NCBI RefSeq assembly: GCF_963921235.1 | Contig: NC_086109.1 | Span: 19,222,001-19,286,000 of the forward strand | Source of the DNA: Mobula hypostoma | Lineage: Eukaryota | DNA length: 64,000 nt | Reading direction: 5' to 3' | In this document: piece by piece, positions 38,860-49,942 of the stretch | Numbering within the stretch: the first letter of the stretch is position 1 | How the letters are laid out: the number at the start of each line of letters is the position of its first letter | Notes under the pieces: generated by a model | Seen by the model: only the letters and a program-made list of their open reading frames with translations | Databases searched by the model: none | What the model was told of the DNA's origin: nothing | Made by a program: the position numbers and the translations under genes

Positions 38860-39370
38860 TATATGGAGAGCAAGCTGTTGCCCATGTAGCAAGCTCCCCA
38901 TCTCCATGCATCTGATGAATGCAAAGGAACTGCAGAAACCAATACAATTTGGCACCAACAGCGTCACAGGAGTTGCCATTCTGAATTGGACTCAAAGTAG
39001 GACTGCCTCATGGACTCCAGCTTTGGACTTTTCCTCGGGGATTTACTCCCGAAGCCTTCCCCATGAGTGGGTGTAGCCACAAGGCGGCAGAAGTTTAAGA
39101 TCAGAGTTTGCCTTCTCCTAAATGAGCTGTCAACCACAGCTGATGAGCCCTATCTGCCGAAAGCGATTGGCTTTAAGGCACCAGTAACCCGCCTTTGCCC
39201 CTTCTCCTGTCAGTAGAAATGGTTCTGCCAGGCTTAGAGGGCTAATCCACACATGAAAGCTAGATCTGGTTGCCAGAGGCTATTTGAGGTGCATGCCATT
39301 GGGAGCATTTAATAGATAGTGAAAGTTCATCCCCACTACCATCCCCAGGTATAACAAATTTAAGGAATCT
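38860..39370 (-). mobile_element. RTE-related non-autonomous element, second copy
   Basis: Aligns by eye with 26040-26545. Confidence 0.55.
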
Positions 39371-40229
39371 TAGGGATTGCGACCTGATGTTGAAAATAAT
39401 TAATTTTCTTCTAAAATATCTGTACAAGGTGTTTCACATTATTGTGTAAAATAAGGTTTATTGCATTTAATAGTGAGGCCCATGTTTGAATAGAATTTAT
39501 AATTTCCAATACATTTGAAAGATATTGAGTAAATATCAAACTACAAGATTAGACCATTGTCTGCTATAGTGCTAGTAAATGAATACTATCAAAACCTTTC
39601 AGCAGATATATTTTCTCTCATGCCCTGCAATGGTTAAAGCCACATCCTGTGTAACTAATGGGCTTTAGGCCACAGTTTCCAGATGGTCAAGCAAAGAACC
39701 ACCACCTCCTGGAGTGACAGCCTGGCAACCTGTCAGAACTCTGTCACATGTAAACTAGACCATGTCAAGCAGTTCTGTCAGTTCAGATGCTACAAAGCAA
39801 AGACTTGCATGTCAACAGTGTCTTTCATGACCTCAGGGTACCTCTCTGTGCTTTATGACCAATATGTATTTTTGGAACATAGTCTCAGAGGAATGTCAGA
39901 ATTGTAGCAGGTAATATTCAGGCAACAAGCTTTCACAAAAAGCAATGAGGTCATTTTGATATAGGTTGAGGGGACAGAATGATAATGGGATCCTTTACTT
40001 CCATCGGAGAGGATGGACACTGATGGATGCCACCTCGAACAGTGCAGTGCTCTCCGAACACCGCCCTGGGCACCGTCAGCCTGGAGGTTTGTGCTTAAAG
40101 TTCTGAGCCCTTAAATTTGTGTGAATGCTTTCCACCAAGCCATGGCAGAAAGGGGATTTGATGTGCAAGGAGGGCTAAATTGTAGGCTATTAAAGCTTTG
40201 AAATAGTCTTTACTTTGTTGGCATTATAA

Positions 40230-40753
40230 TCAATGACCACTTTATGAGGTACCTAATGAGTGTATGTTCATGGTCTCCTGCTGCGGTAGCCCATCCACTT
40301 CAAAGTTCAATGTGTTGTGTGTTTAGAGATGCTCTTCTGCACACACCGCTGTTCCAATGTGTGGTTATCTGAGCTACGGTTGCCTTCCCGTCAGCTTGAA
40401 CCAGTCTGGTTGCGTTCCTCTGACCCTTCTCATTAACAAGGATTTTCACCCACAGAACTGCTGTTCTCTGATTTTTATTTGTTGCACCATTCACTGTAAA
40501 TTCTATAAAGTGGTGTGCATGAAAATCCCAGGTTTCTGAAATACTCAAACCACCCCATCTGGCACCGACAGTCAAAGTCACTTGGGTTACATTTCTTCCC
40601 AATTCTGATATTTGGTCTGAAAAAACAACTGAACCTCTTGACCATGTCTGCATGCTTTTATTCCTTAAGGTACTGCCACATGATTGGCTGATTGGATATT
40701 TACATTGACAAGCAACTGTACAGGTCTACCTAATAAAGTGACACTGAGTGTAT
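40230..40753 (-). mobile_element. Tc1-like deleted element
   Basis: LVQADGKATVAQITT; terminus cctaataaagtgacactgagtgta. Confidence 0.8.
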
Positions 40754-41004
40754 GATGTGATATTTCCTTTGATATATTATTTTTCTGAATGTTTCTGTCA
40801 CTGAAATGAGATATTAGGCTGAAGAACAATGGTAGAGGACCTTTGACCCTGTCCATAACCCAAATATTTCTACTAAAGTAGAGGGTGGTCATTCAGTCCA
40901 TAGTGTGTGTGCCATTTATCGGATCATTCCCAATTACCCACTTATTTTGCTATTACTTATTCTCCCTTATATTAGTAATTATAATTAGTTCAATATTGTC
41001 ATAT

Positions 41005-41320
41005 GTTGGTGGTTAGAATAACAATTTACAGCACCAGTGCTCAAGGTTCAGTTCCTGCTACTGTCTGCAAGGAGTTTGTACGTTCTCCCCATAACTACAT
41101 GTGTTTCCTCCCGTGTTCCAGTTTTCTTCCACATTTCAAAAGGTCTAGGCTAGGGTTAGTAAGTTGTGGAACGTTGGCACCAGAATGTGTGGCGACAATT
41201 ATGGGCTGTCCACAGCAGATCCTTGGGCGGTGTCTATCATTGATGCATTGACACATTGCGCTGTATGTTTCAATGCGCGTGTGACAAACTCAGCTGATCT
41301 TCGACAATCTTAAAATCTTA
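41005..41320 (+). mobile_element. V-SINE/HE1-like SINE
   Basis: ggttcagttcc B box; aaggagtttgtacgttctcccc core. Confidence 0.65.
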
Positions 41321-42107
41321 CATGTGCCGAGGCACAGTGAGAAACTCTGTTTTGCTCACTACCCTTACAGAATTTATCTAAAGAGACGTACATTGGGGTA
41401 GTGCCAAGGGAAGAGCATAACAGATTGCTGAATATACTGTTACAGCTACAGAGAAAGTGTGGTGTGAGTAGATAATAAGATGCAAAGAGAGATCAAAGTT
41501 CATCTTTATCGAACAAGAGTTCAAATCAAGAGTTGTCGAATTACAGGTTAGAAGCTGTCCTTATGCCTGATTCTGCATGTTTGTATCTTCTGCCTGATGG
41601 ATGTGAGATGAGAGAATGTTCAGGGTGGTAGGGGTTTTTGATTACATTCACTGCTTTCCAAGGCTCATTCACCCACCTACTCTCTATCACAACAATTAAA
41701 TGATTTGCCCCATGATATCTTTGGAGCTTGGGAGGAAACTGGTGGACCTGGGGCAAGTCCACAGCACAGGGAGAACTTGCAAACTCCACACAGCGGTCAG
41801 GATCAAACTTGGGCTGCTACATCTCTGAGGCAGTAGCATTGCCCGCGGCATCTCTGCATCAGTGTCCCAGGTTTGAGCAAGTAACTGCTGACTTACACTG
41901 CCTTCCAATACAGTAGTCTCTTAATTTTAGTATTCTTAATTTTAGTATTCTCAATGCCACTTTCAATTGCTCTGTGGTCTTTGTGCTTCCTGGCCAGAAA
42001 ATGTTCCAGTCTGGAAAAGGGACTCAAACTGCAGACGTGCAGAGGGGCCTAATAGATATTTTGTTTGTGAGTTTGCCATTTCAAGGCCGTGGATCATGAC
42101 TGATATG

Positions 42108-42641
42108 TAGGGTGGCCGACTTACTCTCTCCCGAATAAGGGACAAAAGTAGCAGTCAAATACAGGACACTTGTGTTTACCCCGAAAAAGACTACCATAAC
42201 CATGAAGCCTTGCACGGGCACCTGTGTGTGCATGCGTGACGTGCACATGCGTTTACGTGCCGATTTTTTTCTACAAAACGGTTTTGGCTTAATCTTCCTG
42301 ATTCTGATCATCTGTACATACATTATATCTACTTTATATAGGCTGTGTATTTATCATATCATTCCTGATTTTACTATATGTCCGTGTTATTTTAGGTTTT
42401 ATGTGTTATTGGTATGATATGGTAGGTTATTTTTTGGGTCTGGGAATGCTCAAAAATTTTTCCCATATAAATTAATGGTAATTGCTTCTGCGCTTTACGC
42501 CATTTCGGCTTACAAACGGTTTCACAGGTATGCTCTACCTTAGCGGGGGAAATACGGGACAAGGGCGGTCCCGTATGGGACAAACCAATTTAGCCCAATA
42601 TACGGGATGTCCCGGCTAATACGGGACAGTTGGCAACCCTA
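42108..42641. mobile_element. hAT (Tip100-like) non-autonomous element, young
   Basis: TIR TAGGGTGGCCGACT / AGTTGGCAACCCTA; perfect 8-bp TSD ctgatatg at 42100-42107 and 42642-42649; subterminal TACGGGA repeats. Confidence 0.85.
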
Positions 42642-45510
42642 CTGATATGACAGGCTTTACACAACTAAACATGCACAAGGCCGAATCCCTGAAACTACCA
42701 AAGTAATCCTGAGAGTTGTTAGATTGAGCTGAGGGGGTTGCCGGACTGTAGGGGAGATGGATGTCCAAGTCTTCACTCAAAGATGGTTGCTGAAATCACG
42801 GATTGTCGCTGAGACATTTCGGAGGGTATAGGGTACAAACGGTTCCACGAAGGCAAATTTGTGATCGTGATCAGGATCAGCCTGAGTCCAGCAGAGGCTC
42901 GTCATGCAGATGGAGGAGGGGAGGCTCAGTGAGGGTTGGACTGCACTGTCTTTACTCTCACTGTTCCACCTTCTTCCTGTCTGCTTCCTCTTGACTTTCC
43001 CTCTCTATTTCTCCAGGTGGAGTTAAATAAACAGTTAAAGAACTCCAAAATGTAGATCAGTAATTATACATTTGACTGGAGAAAAAAAAACATATTAATG
43101 GCTCTATATTAGTTAATAATACTTCCACAAAACATACAGTAAAATCCCAATCTGCTGTCATAAGGATTAGCCTGCTGAGTGTGTTTTCTGGTATCTCAGG
43201 AAATGAACAAAAATTTAACATCTGCATTCTGAGCCTGCTCGCAATCTAAAAGCCAAGATCACACGTCACTGGATTGCAGCCTGATCCATGGCAGAAAGTA
43301 TTCGGCTTCTTTGCAAAGCAGTATTCCGACCCAAGCCAGCACTGCAGCTGGACCAGCATTCCCGTAACCTGCAGGCCTGTATCGCTCACTTACAAACTGA
43401 TGACCCATAATGCATTCAGTCACTCCTTCGTGCGAAAGCACCAAGCCCTCAGGATGCAAAGACAGTCTCCTGCACTAATGTGAGCAGATTATTAAAATGC
43501 TGTTTTGTTTTCTGAAAATAAAGATAGTGAAAGGACTTTTGTTTCCCAGCTTAATATTCCGAACATTCCGTCAGAGTTATTGAACAATATTAGATCTTCT
43601 AGTGAAGTCTAAGTTAATATTAAATGGTTTGTCCTACCAAAGCTTTGTAGAACTGAACTAAATGGGAGGGTATATTTGTGACTATTTTTTAAATACCATG
43701 AGGAAATAGGACATTATTTTATTCACCGGAATTCAGTAACATTGTTTGAGAGTCAGAGGGTTTGATCTATAGGAACTCCATTCAATATAATATATTGATG
43801 GTTCCTCTTATGGATATATGTACCATATACAATGAAAAGCTTGAATTGCTTACTTTTTATAGAAACATAGAAAAACTACAGCACAATACAGGCCCTTCAG
43901 CCCACAATGCTGTACCAAACATGTACTTACTTCAGAAATTACCTAGGGTTACCCATAGCCCTCTATTTTTCTGAGCTCCATGTACTTATCCAGGAGTTTC
44001 TTAAAATGCCCTATTGTATCTGCCTCCACCACTATTGCTAGCAGCCCATTCCGTGCACTCACCACTCCTTGCACAACAAAACGTACCCCTGACGTCTCCT
44101 CTGTACCTACTTCCAAACACCTTAAAATGGTGCCCTCTTGTGCTAGACATTTCAGCCCTGGGAAGGAGCCTCTGACTATCCACACGATCAATGCCTCTCA
44201 TCATCTTATACACCTCTATCAGGTCACCTCTCATCTTCTGTCGCTCCAAGGAGAAAAGGTCAAGTTCACTCAAACTATTTTCATAAGGCATGCTCCCTAA
44301 TGCAGACAACATTTCTGTAAATCTCCTCTGTAGCCTTTCTATAGTTTCCACATCCTTCCTGTGGTGAGATGACCAGAACTGAGCACAGTATTCCAAGTGG
44401 GGTATGACCAGGGTGCTATATAGCTGTAACATTACTCTCGACTCTTAAACTCAATCCCATGGTTGATGAAGGCCAATGCACCGTATGCCTTCTTAACCAC
44501 AGAGTCAACTTGCACGGCAGCTTTGAGTGTCCTATGAACTCGGACCCCCAAATCACTCTGATCCTCTACACTGCCAAGAGTTTTACCATTAATACTATAT
44601 TCTGCCATCATACTTGACCTACCAAAATGAACCACCTCACACTTACCTGGGCTGAACACTATCTGTCACGTCTCAGCCCAGTTTTGCATCCCCGATATCC
44701 TGCTGTAATCTCTGACAGCCCTCCACACTATCCACAACAACCCCAACCTTTGTGTCAGTAGGCAAATTTACTAACCCATCCCTCCATTTCCTTATCCAGG
44801 TCATTTATAAAAATCATGAAGAGAAGGAGTCCCAGAGCAGATCCCTGAGGCACACCACTGGTCACTGACTTCCATGCAGAATATGACGCGTCTACAACCA
44901 TTCTTTGCCTTCTGTGGGCAAGCTAGTTCTGGATCCACAAAGCAAGGTCCCCTTGGATCCCATGCCTCCTTACTCTCTCAATAAGTGTTGCATGGGGTAC
45001 CTTATCAAATGCTTTGCTGAAATCCATATACACTACATCTACAGCTCTACCTTCATCAACGTGTTTAGTCACATGCTCAAAAAAATTAATCAGGCTCGTA
45101 AGGCATGACCTGGCTTTGACAAGCTATGCTGACTACCCCTAATCATATTATGCCTCTCCAAATGTTCATAAATCCTGCCTCTCAGGATCTTTTCCACCAA
45201 CTTACCAACCACTGAAGAAAGACTCACTGGTCTATAATTTGCTGGCTATCTCTACTCCCTTTCTTGAATAAGGGAACAACCCTCCAATCCTCTGGAACCT
45301 CCCCCATTCCCACTGATGATGCAAAGCTCATTTCCGGAGGCTCAGCAATCTCCTCCCTCACCTCCCACAGTAGCCAGGGGTACAGCTCGTCCGGTCCCAG
45401 AGACTTATCCAACTTGATGTCTTCCAAATGCTCCTGCAGCACATCCTCTTTCTAAACGTTTATAGAGTTACAAAATACAGGTGGACTAAGATGTTAACTG
45501 TCCTGTGCTA

Positions 45511-45629
45511 TCACCAGTAGGATCAGCAGTTGATCTGCCACCTGCCTTCAGGAGTTTCGGCCCACTTATGATCAAGACTCCCTGGAGGTGGTGGGCCAGC
45601 AGTGCTAAAGCACCACCTCCCACTGGTGA
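45511..45629 (-). ncRNA. Candidate permuted/pseudoknotted hammerhead-like RNA in the HERO 3' UTR
   Basis: Sense order GGCCC-A-CCACCT-CCAG-GGAGT-C-TTGATC-ATAAGT-GGGCC-GAA-ACTCC-TGAAGGC-AGGTGG-CA-GATCAA-CTGCTGA; four complementary pairs. Confidence 0.55.
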
Positions 45630-45751
45630 GCTTAAAAACTTGGCATCTGCCTCTATCAGAGTTGTTGGTCACTTCCATCCAACAGATAGTCTACTCTTGA
45701 GGTGTCTATGCAACTACTGAAGGTTTTGCAAGATATGTATACACTGTCTGA

Positions 45752-48700
45752 CTATCTGCCCCTCTGGACATACTTGGTCCACACCCATGCTGATCCTTTC
45801 TCTGCTGCCTCAGCTACAGCCCTGCTGGTTGACTTGATCTCTCTTCTAGTGAAGCCAAGGTCACGCAACCACTTCTGGAGAGTGAACGCAATAAACCCAC
45901 GGCAGCTTACTTCGAATGGATAGCATGAGACCTTCCACCCTCTGTCTCTGCACTCTGATCTTAATTCTGCATACTTGGTTAACTTGCACTCGTGGGCTTC
46001 ATCGATGTTGTCTTCCCAGGGGACTGTGAGTTCACCAATAACCGCTTCTCTACTGGTGTCAGACCATACGATTATATCTGGACACAATGTGGTGAAAGCT
46101 ATGTGCTCCAGGAAACTGCCTTTCCTGTCCAGGTCAGCCTTGACGCACCAATCATTGGCTGAAGAAAATATGCTTGATCGTGAGCCTGCGTTGTACACCC
46201 TTGACTTGGAGCCTTCTTTCACAAATGATATGCGATGTTCTGTGCAGCATGGGGCATGAGATAAGTTGTGCTGCAGTACTCTCTGCTCAACCGCTTCTGT
46301 TACAACTTTGAGAACGTTGTTATGTCTCCAAGTGTACATGCCGCTGGAAAGATTGACTCTGCATGCACTCAAAATATGTTGAAGTGTTCCCTTCTCGCCA
46401 CAAGCAGCACACCTGTCTTATCTTCATATCAGGTGCTGAGGTTGGCAGGTGTTGGGAGCAAATCGTACGCTGCTCTGCATAGAAAAGAAATGTGGAGCAG
46501 TTCCAACTTCCACAGAACATTCCAAGATAGAAGTCGTTGTTCAACACTTTCCCACCGGATCCAAGCCCCTTGTTTGGCTAGGCCAGCTGTTTTAGTTAAC
46601 CTCTTCTCCTCTTCTACCTCTCGTATTTCTTGTGTTACAAGCTCACGGCGCACCTTACCTGTAGAAGATGACCACCACTTGTGGGTTGTCCATCCAAGTC
46701 TCTGGCAGCCTAGCTGAATAGCCCCAACCGTCTCCTTGTGCTTTAATCTAGACTCTGCCTCATCAACTGCTACACGGGCTGACCACTTCCTGCCTGATCT
46801 CACATCCAGCTGGGTGCTCTTGATGACAGGGTCTTTTGAGTCTCGAAGCATCAAGAATGATCCTACCTTGGCTACCTTGACCTCCTCAACAAGGGATTGC
46901 ACTGGGATGGTAAACTTTGTCTGGCTACTGTGGATTGCAACATTGGCGAGGCTGCTTGGTACTCCAAGCCACTTCTTCACATACTTGTTGATCTTCCGTT
47001 CCATTGCCTCAACATGGGACATTGCCACTTAATAGACAGTTAGTGGCCACATTATCTGTGGCATCAGTCCGTACTGCAAGCACCACAACTTTAACTTGCC
47101 AGGCAAGCCACACTTGTCAAAAGACATCAGGCCTCTGCTGATCTGTTCTCCTGTCTCTTGAACCCTCTTGGTGTCTCTCAGCTACTCTGTGTACCATCGT
47201 CCGAGGCTCTTAACTGGTTGGTCCTGAATGGATGGAATCTCTTCTCCACAAAGGGTGAAATGAAAGTCAACCAGCTTTCCTCTCCTAAGAACAGGCTCTT
47301 TGACTTCTTGGTCTTGAACTTCATTCTTCCCCAATCCATTAGCTCCTCGAGTCTTGATAGTACATTTTCCACTGCCTCCGTGCTGGGACCCAAAAGGGTG
47401 AGATTGTCCATGAATGCTCGTATTGGTGGTAACTTCTCTCCGCCATCAAGTGCGACACCTGGTCCCACTGATTCTGCAGCCCTCACAATGACCTCCATGG
47501 CTAACACAAAAAGGATGGGTGAAATTGCACTTCCCATTGGGATTCCAACATCCAAGCTCTGCCACCTAGTTGTAAACTGCTGAGTGGAAAACCTCATCCG
47601 GAAATCGTTGTAATACTGCATAACAAAGTTCCTCACCTTAACAGGAAACCATAGGAATTCCATCGCAAACTCAATCAGGACATGGGGAACAGAACCATAT
47701 ACATTTGCCAGATCAAGCCAAACTACAGCCAGATTTCTTCTCAACCTTTTTGACTCCTGGATGGTATGCAATATCGTACTAGGATGTTCAAGGCATCCTG
47801 GGAAGCCTGGTATTCCTGCCTTCTGTACAGATGTATTTACTAATCCATTCTGAATCACAAATGAAGATATTCTTTCTGCCAGAATGCCAAACATAATCTT
47901 CCCCTCTACATTCAGGAGTGAAATTGGTTGGAACTGATTCAATGTAGAAGAATTCGCTTCCTTCGGGATGTATACTCCTTCAGCCTCACTCCATGACAAA
48001 GGAACAACACCTTGTCTCCACACCACCTTTAACAATCTCCACAGATTGAGTATTTCCTCAGCTGTTCACACTTCTTGAACACCTTATACGGCACTCCATT
48101 AGGTCCTGGCACTGAGCCTGACCTTGCCTTTCTGATCAACTGATCGACTTCTGCCAGTTTGGGTTCTGACAGATCGAACTTCACTCCTGGCTTGGTAGGC
48201 TTCACAAGCCCTGAAATGTCAAGCAAAGGAGCCTCCTGCTGTTCGTTAGAGTAAGTGCTTGCTAGGTGATCCTCAAGGTCTTGTTGAGAGATGTTAAGCT
48301 GCCTGCTCTTACTTTGTTCAAACAGTTTCTTTGTGAACTCGTGAGGGTTCTCAAAGAACGACTTTCTTGACTTCTCTCTCTTCTTTCTCTTTTTACGTTG
48401 TGACTCTGCACGATAGAGTGATGCTAACTTTATTCAAAAATGCTCTCGGAGATCAGCAAGCCCTGGCTTGTCACCCTCACTTGCTACCTTCCACCTCTAT
48501 CTCAACAATCTAAACTCTTTCCTCAACCTACTAATATCCTTCTGGCGCCTGCTTGGTTGCTGAGTAGGCTTTGTTTTCTTCAACTCAACCAAACCAAACC
48601 TGTATTTTCCAACATCGTAAATCATATCGCCCATCACCTCCAACTTTCTCTTTGATGTTCCCCTGAGAGTGTTCTCCAACATCATACTGATATCTTCATC

Positions 48701-49150
48701 AAATACACGCCAAGCCTTCTCATCTGCCATTGCTGGCCACTTGACCTTCTTCTCTATCTGCTCACCACTGCCATCATACGAAGGATCTACCTGGGTACTG
48801 TGATCTGAAACCTGGCCTGGGTTATCTCTCGTCTGACCTGGAGTATGATGACGCTCTCCAGAGCGAATCGCTGTGGCTTGTGAATCAGTGGTTGAAAAGA
48901 CCACATCATCTGTGCTTGGTGAAGAAATCTCCTCTTCATCCACTGGGATGGAATAGCACTTCATCTTTGCTTGGTGGACTCATAAACCCTTAATACTGGA
49001 AAACGCTCTCCCACACCAACACACTGGACACTCAGAGCCTCTTATCCTAGCTCTTGGTCGTAGTCGTTCCCTGTAATTAACTGTATCCGTCCGATTGGGT
49101 CTATCATTCTCCCTCCCTCTTGGAGGACCCCAAGGGTATGTTTCTCCATG
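45752..49150 (-). pseudogene. HERO single ORF (ZnF-RT-CCHC-REL endonuclease), disrupted by stops and frameshifts
   Basis: ORF fragments 48980-49285, 48497-48964, 48029-48226, 47178-48035, 46429-47028, 45752-46372. Confidence 0.85.
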
Positions 49151-49323
49151 TAAACTAGAAGCTTCAAGAGGTGGGTGCTCTTCTGAGCTGGTGCCCCGAC
49201 TGCCAATCCTAACACCCCCGGTGCCAGTCTTTCCTGGCTGTCCGCTGTCTCTCCACGCTGTCACCGGACTATTCCCGGTGGCCAACCAGACTATTCCTGG
49301 TAGTCACTGGTGTCCAGAACAAA

Positions 49324-49942
49324 AGAGTTACAAAATACAGGTGGACTAAGAAGTTAACTGTCCTGTGCTATCATCAGTTGATCTGCCACCTGTCTTCAGG
49401 AGTTTTGGCCCACTTATGATCAAGACTCCCTGGAGGTGGTGGGCCAGCAGTGCTAAAGCACCACCTCCCACTGGTGAGCTTAAAAACTTGGCATCTGCCT
49501 CTATCAGAGTTGTTAGTCACTTCCATCCAACAGATAGTCTACTCTTGAGGTGTCTATGCAACTACTGAAGGGTTTGAAAGATATGTATACACTGTCTGAC
49601 TATCTGCCCCTCTGGACATACTTGGTCCACACTCATGCTGATCCTTTCTCTGCTGCCTCAGCTACAGCCCTGCTGGTTGACTTGATCTCTCTTCTAGTGA
49701 AGCCAAGGTCACGCAGCCACTTCTGGAGAGTGAACGCAATAAACCCACGGCAGCCTACTTCGAATGGACAGCATGAGACCTTCCACCCTCTGTCTCTGCA
49801 CTCTGATCTTAATTCTGCATACTTGGTTAACTTGTGCTCATGGCCTTCATCGATGTTGTCTTCCCAGGGGACTGTGAGTTCACCAATAACCACTTCCCTA
49901 CTGGTGTCAGATCATACGATTATATCTGGACGCAATGTTGTG
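49324..49942 (-). repeat. Direct repeat of the HERO 3' end (pseudo-LTR-like copy upstream of the element)
   Basis: Matches 45464-46094 with a 12-nt deletion and scattered substitutions; ORF 49633-49893 repeats the REL C-terminus. Confidence 0.95.

Larger units (their letters stand above)
45464..49323 (-). mobile_element. HERO-clade REL non-LTR retrotransposon, near full length
   Basis: N-terminal Zn finger CWCGRAFSSIKGL*VHQAKMKC; RT QPISLLNVEGKI, WLDLANVYGSVPH, GIPMGSAISPILF, AFMDNL; YTWRHNNVL; REL PDIIVWS..IGELTVPWE..KLTKY..PFEVSCRGF. Confidence 0.85.

Noticed and set aside
39139..39170. CTGATGAG..CGAAAGC as a plus-strand hammerhead
   Set aside because: Stem II does not pair, no stem III or NUH is present, it is antisense to the element, and the paralog at ~26313 reads CTGATGT.
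41919..41955. 15-bp tandem duplication (tcttaattttagtat)x2
   Set aside because: Simple slippage duplication with no further structure.
45464..49942. LTR retrotransposon, because of the ~620-bp direct repeats
   Set aside because: No TG..CA ends, PBS, integrase or protease; the repeat contains the REL ORF end and the RT is non-LTR type.
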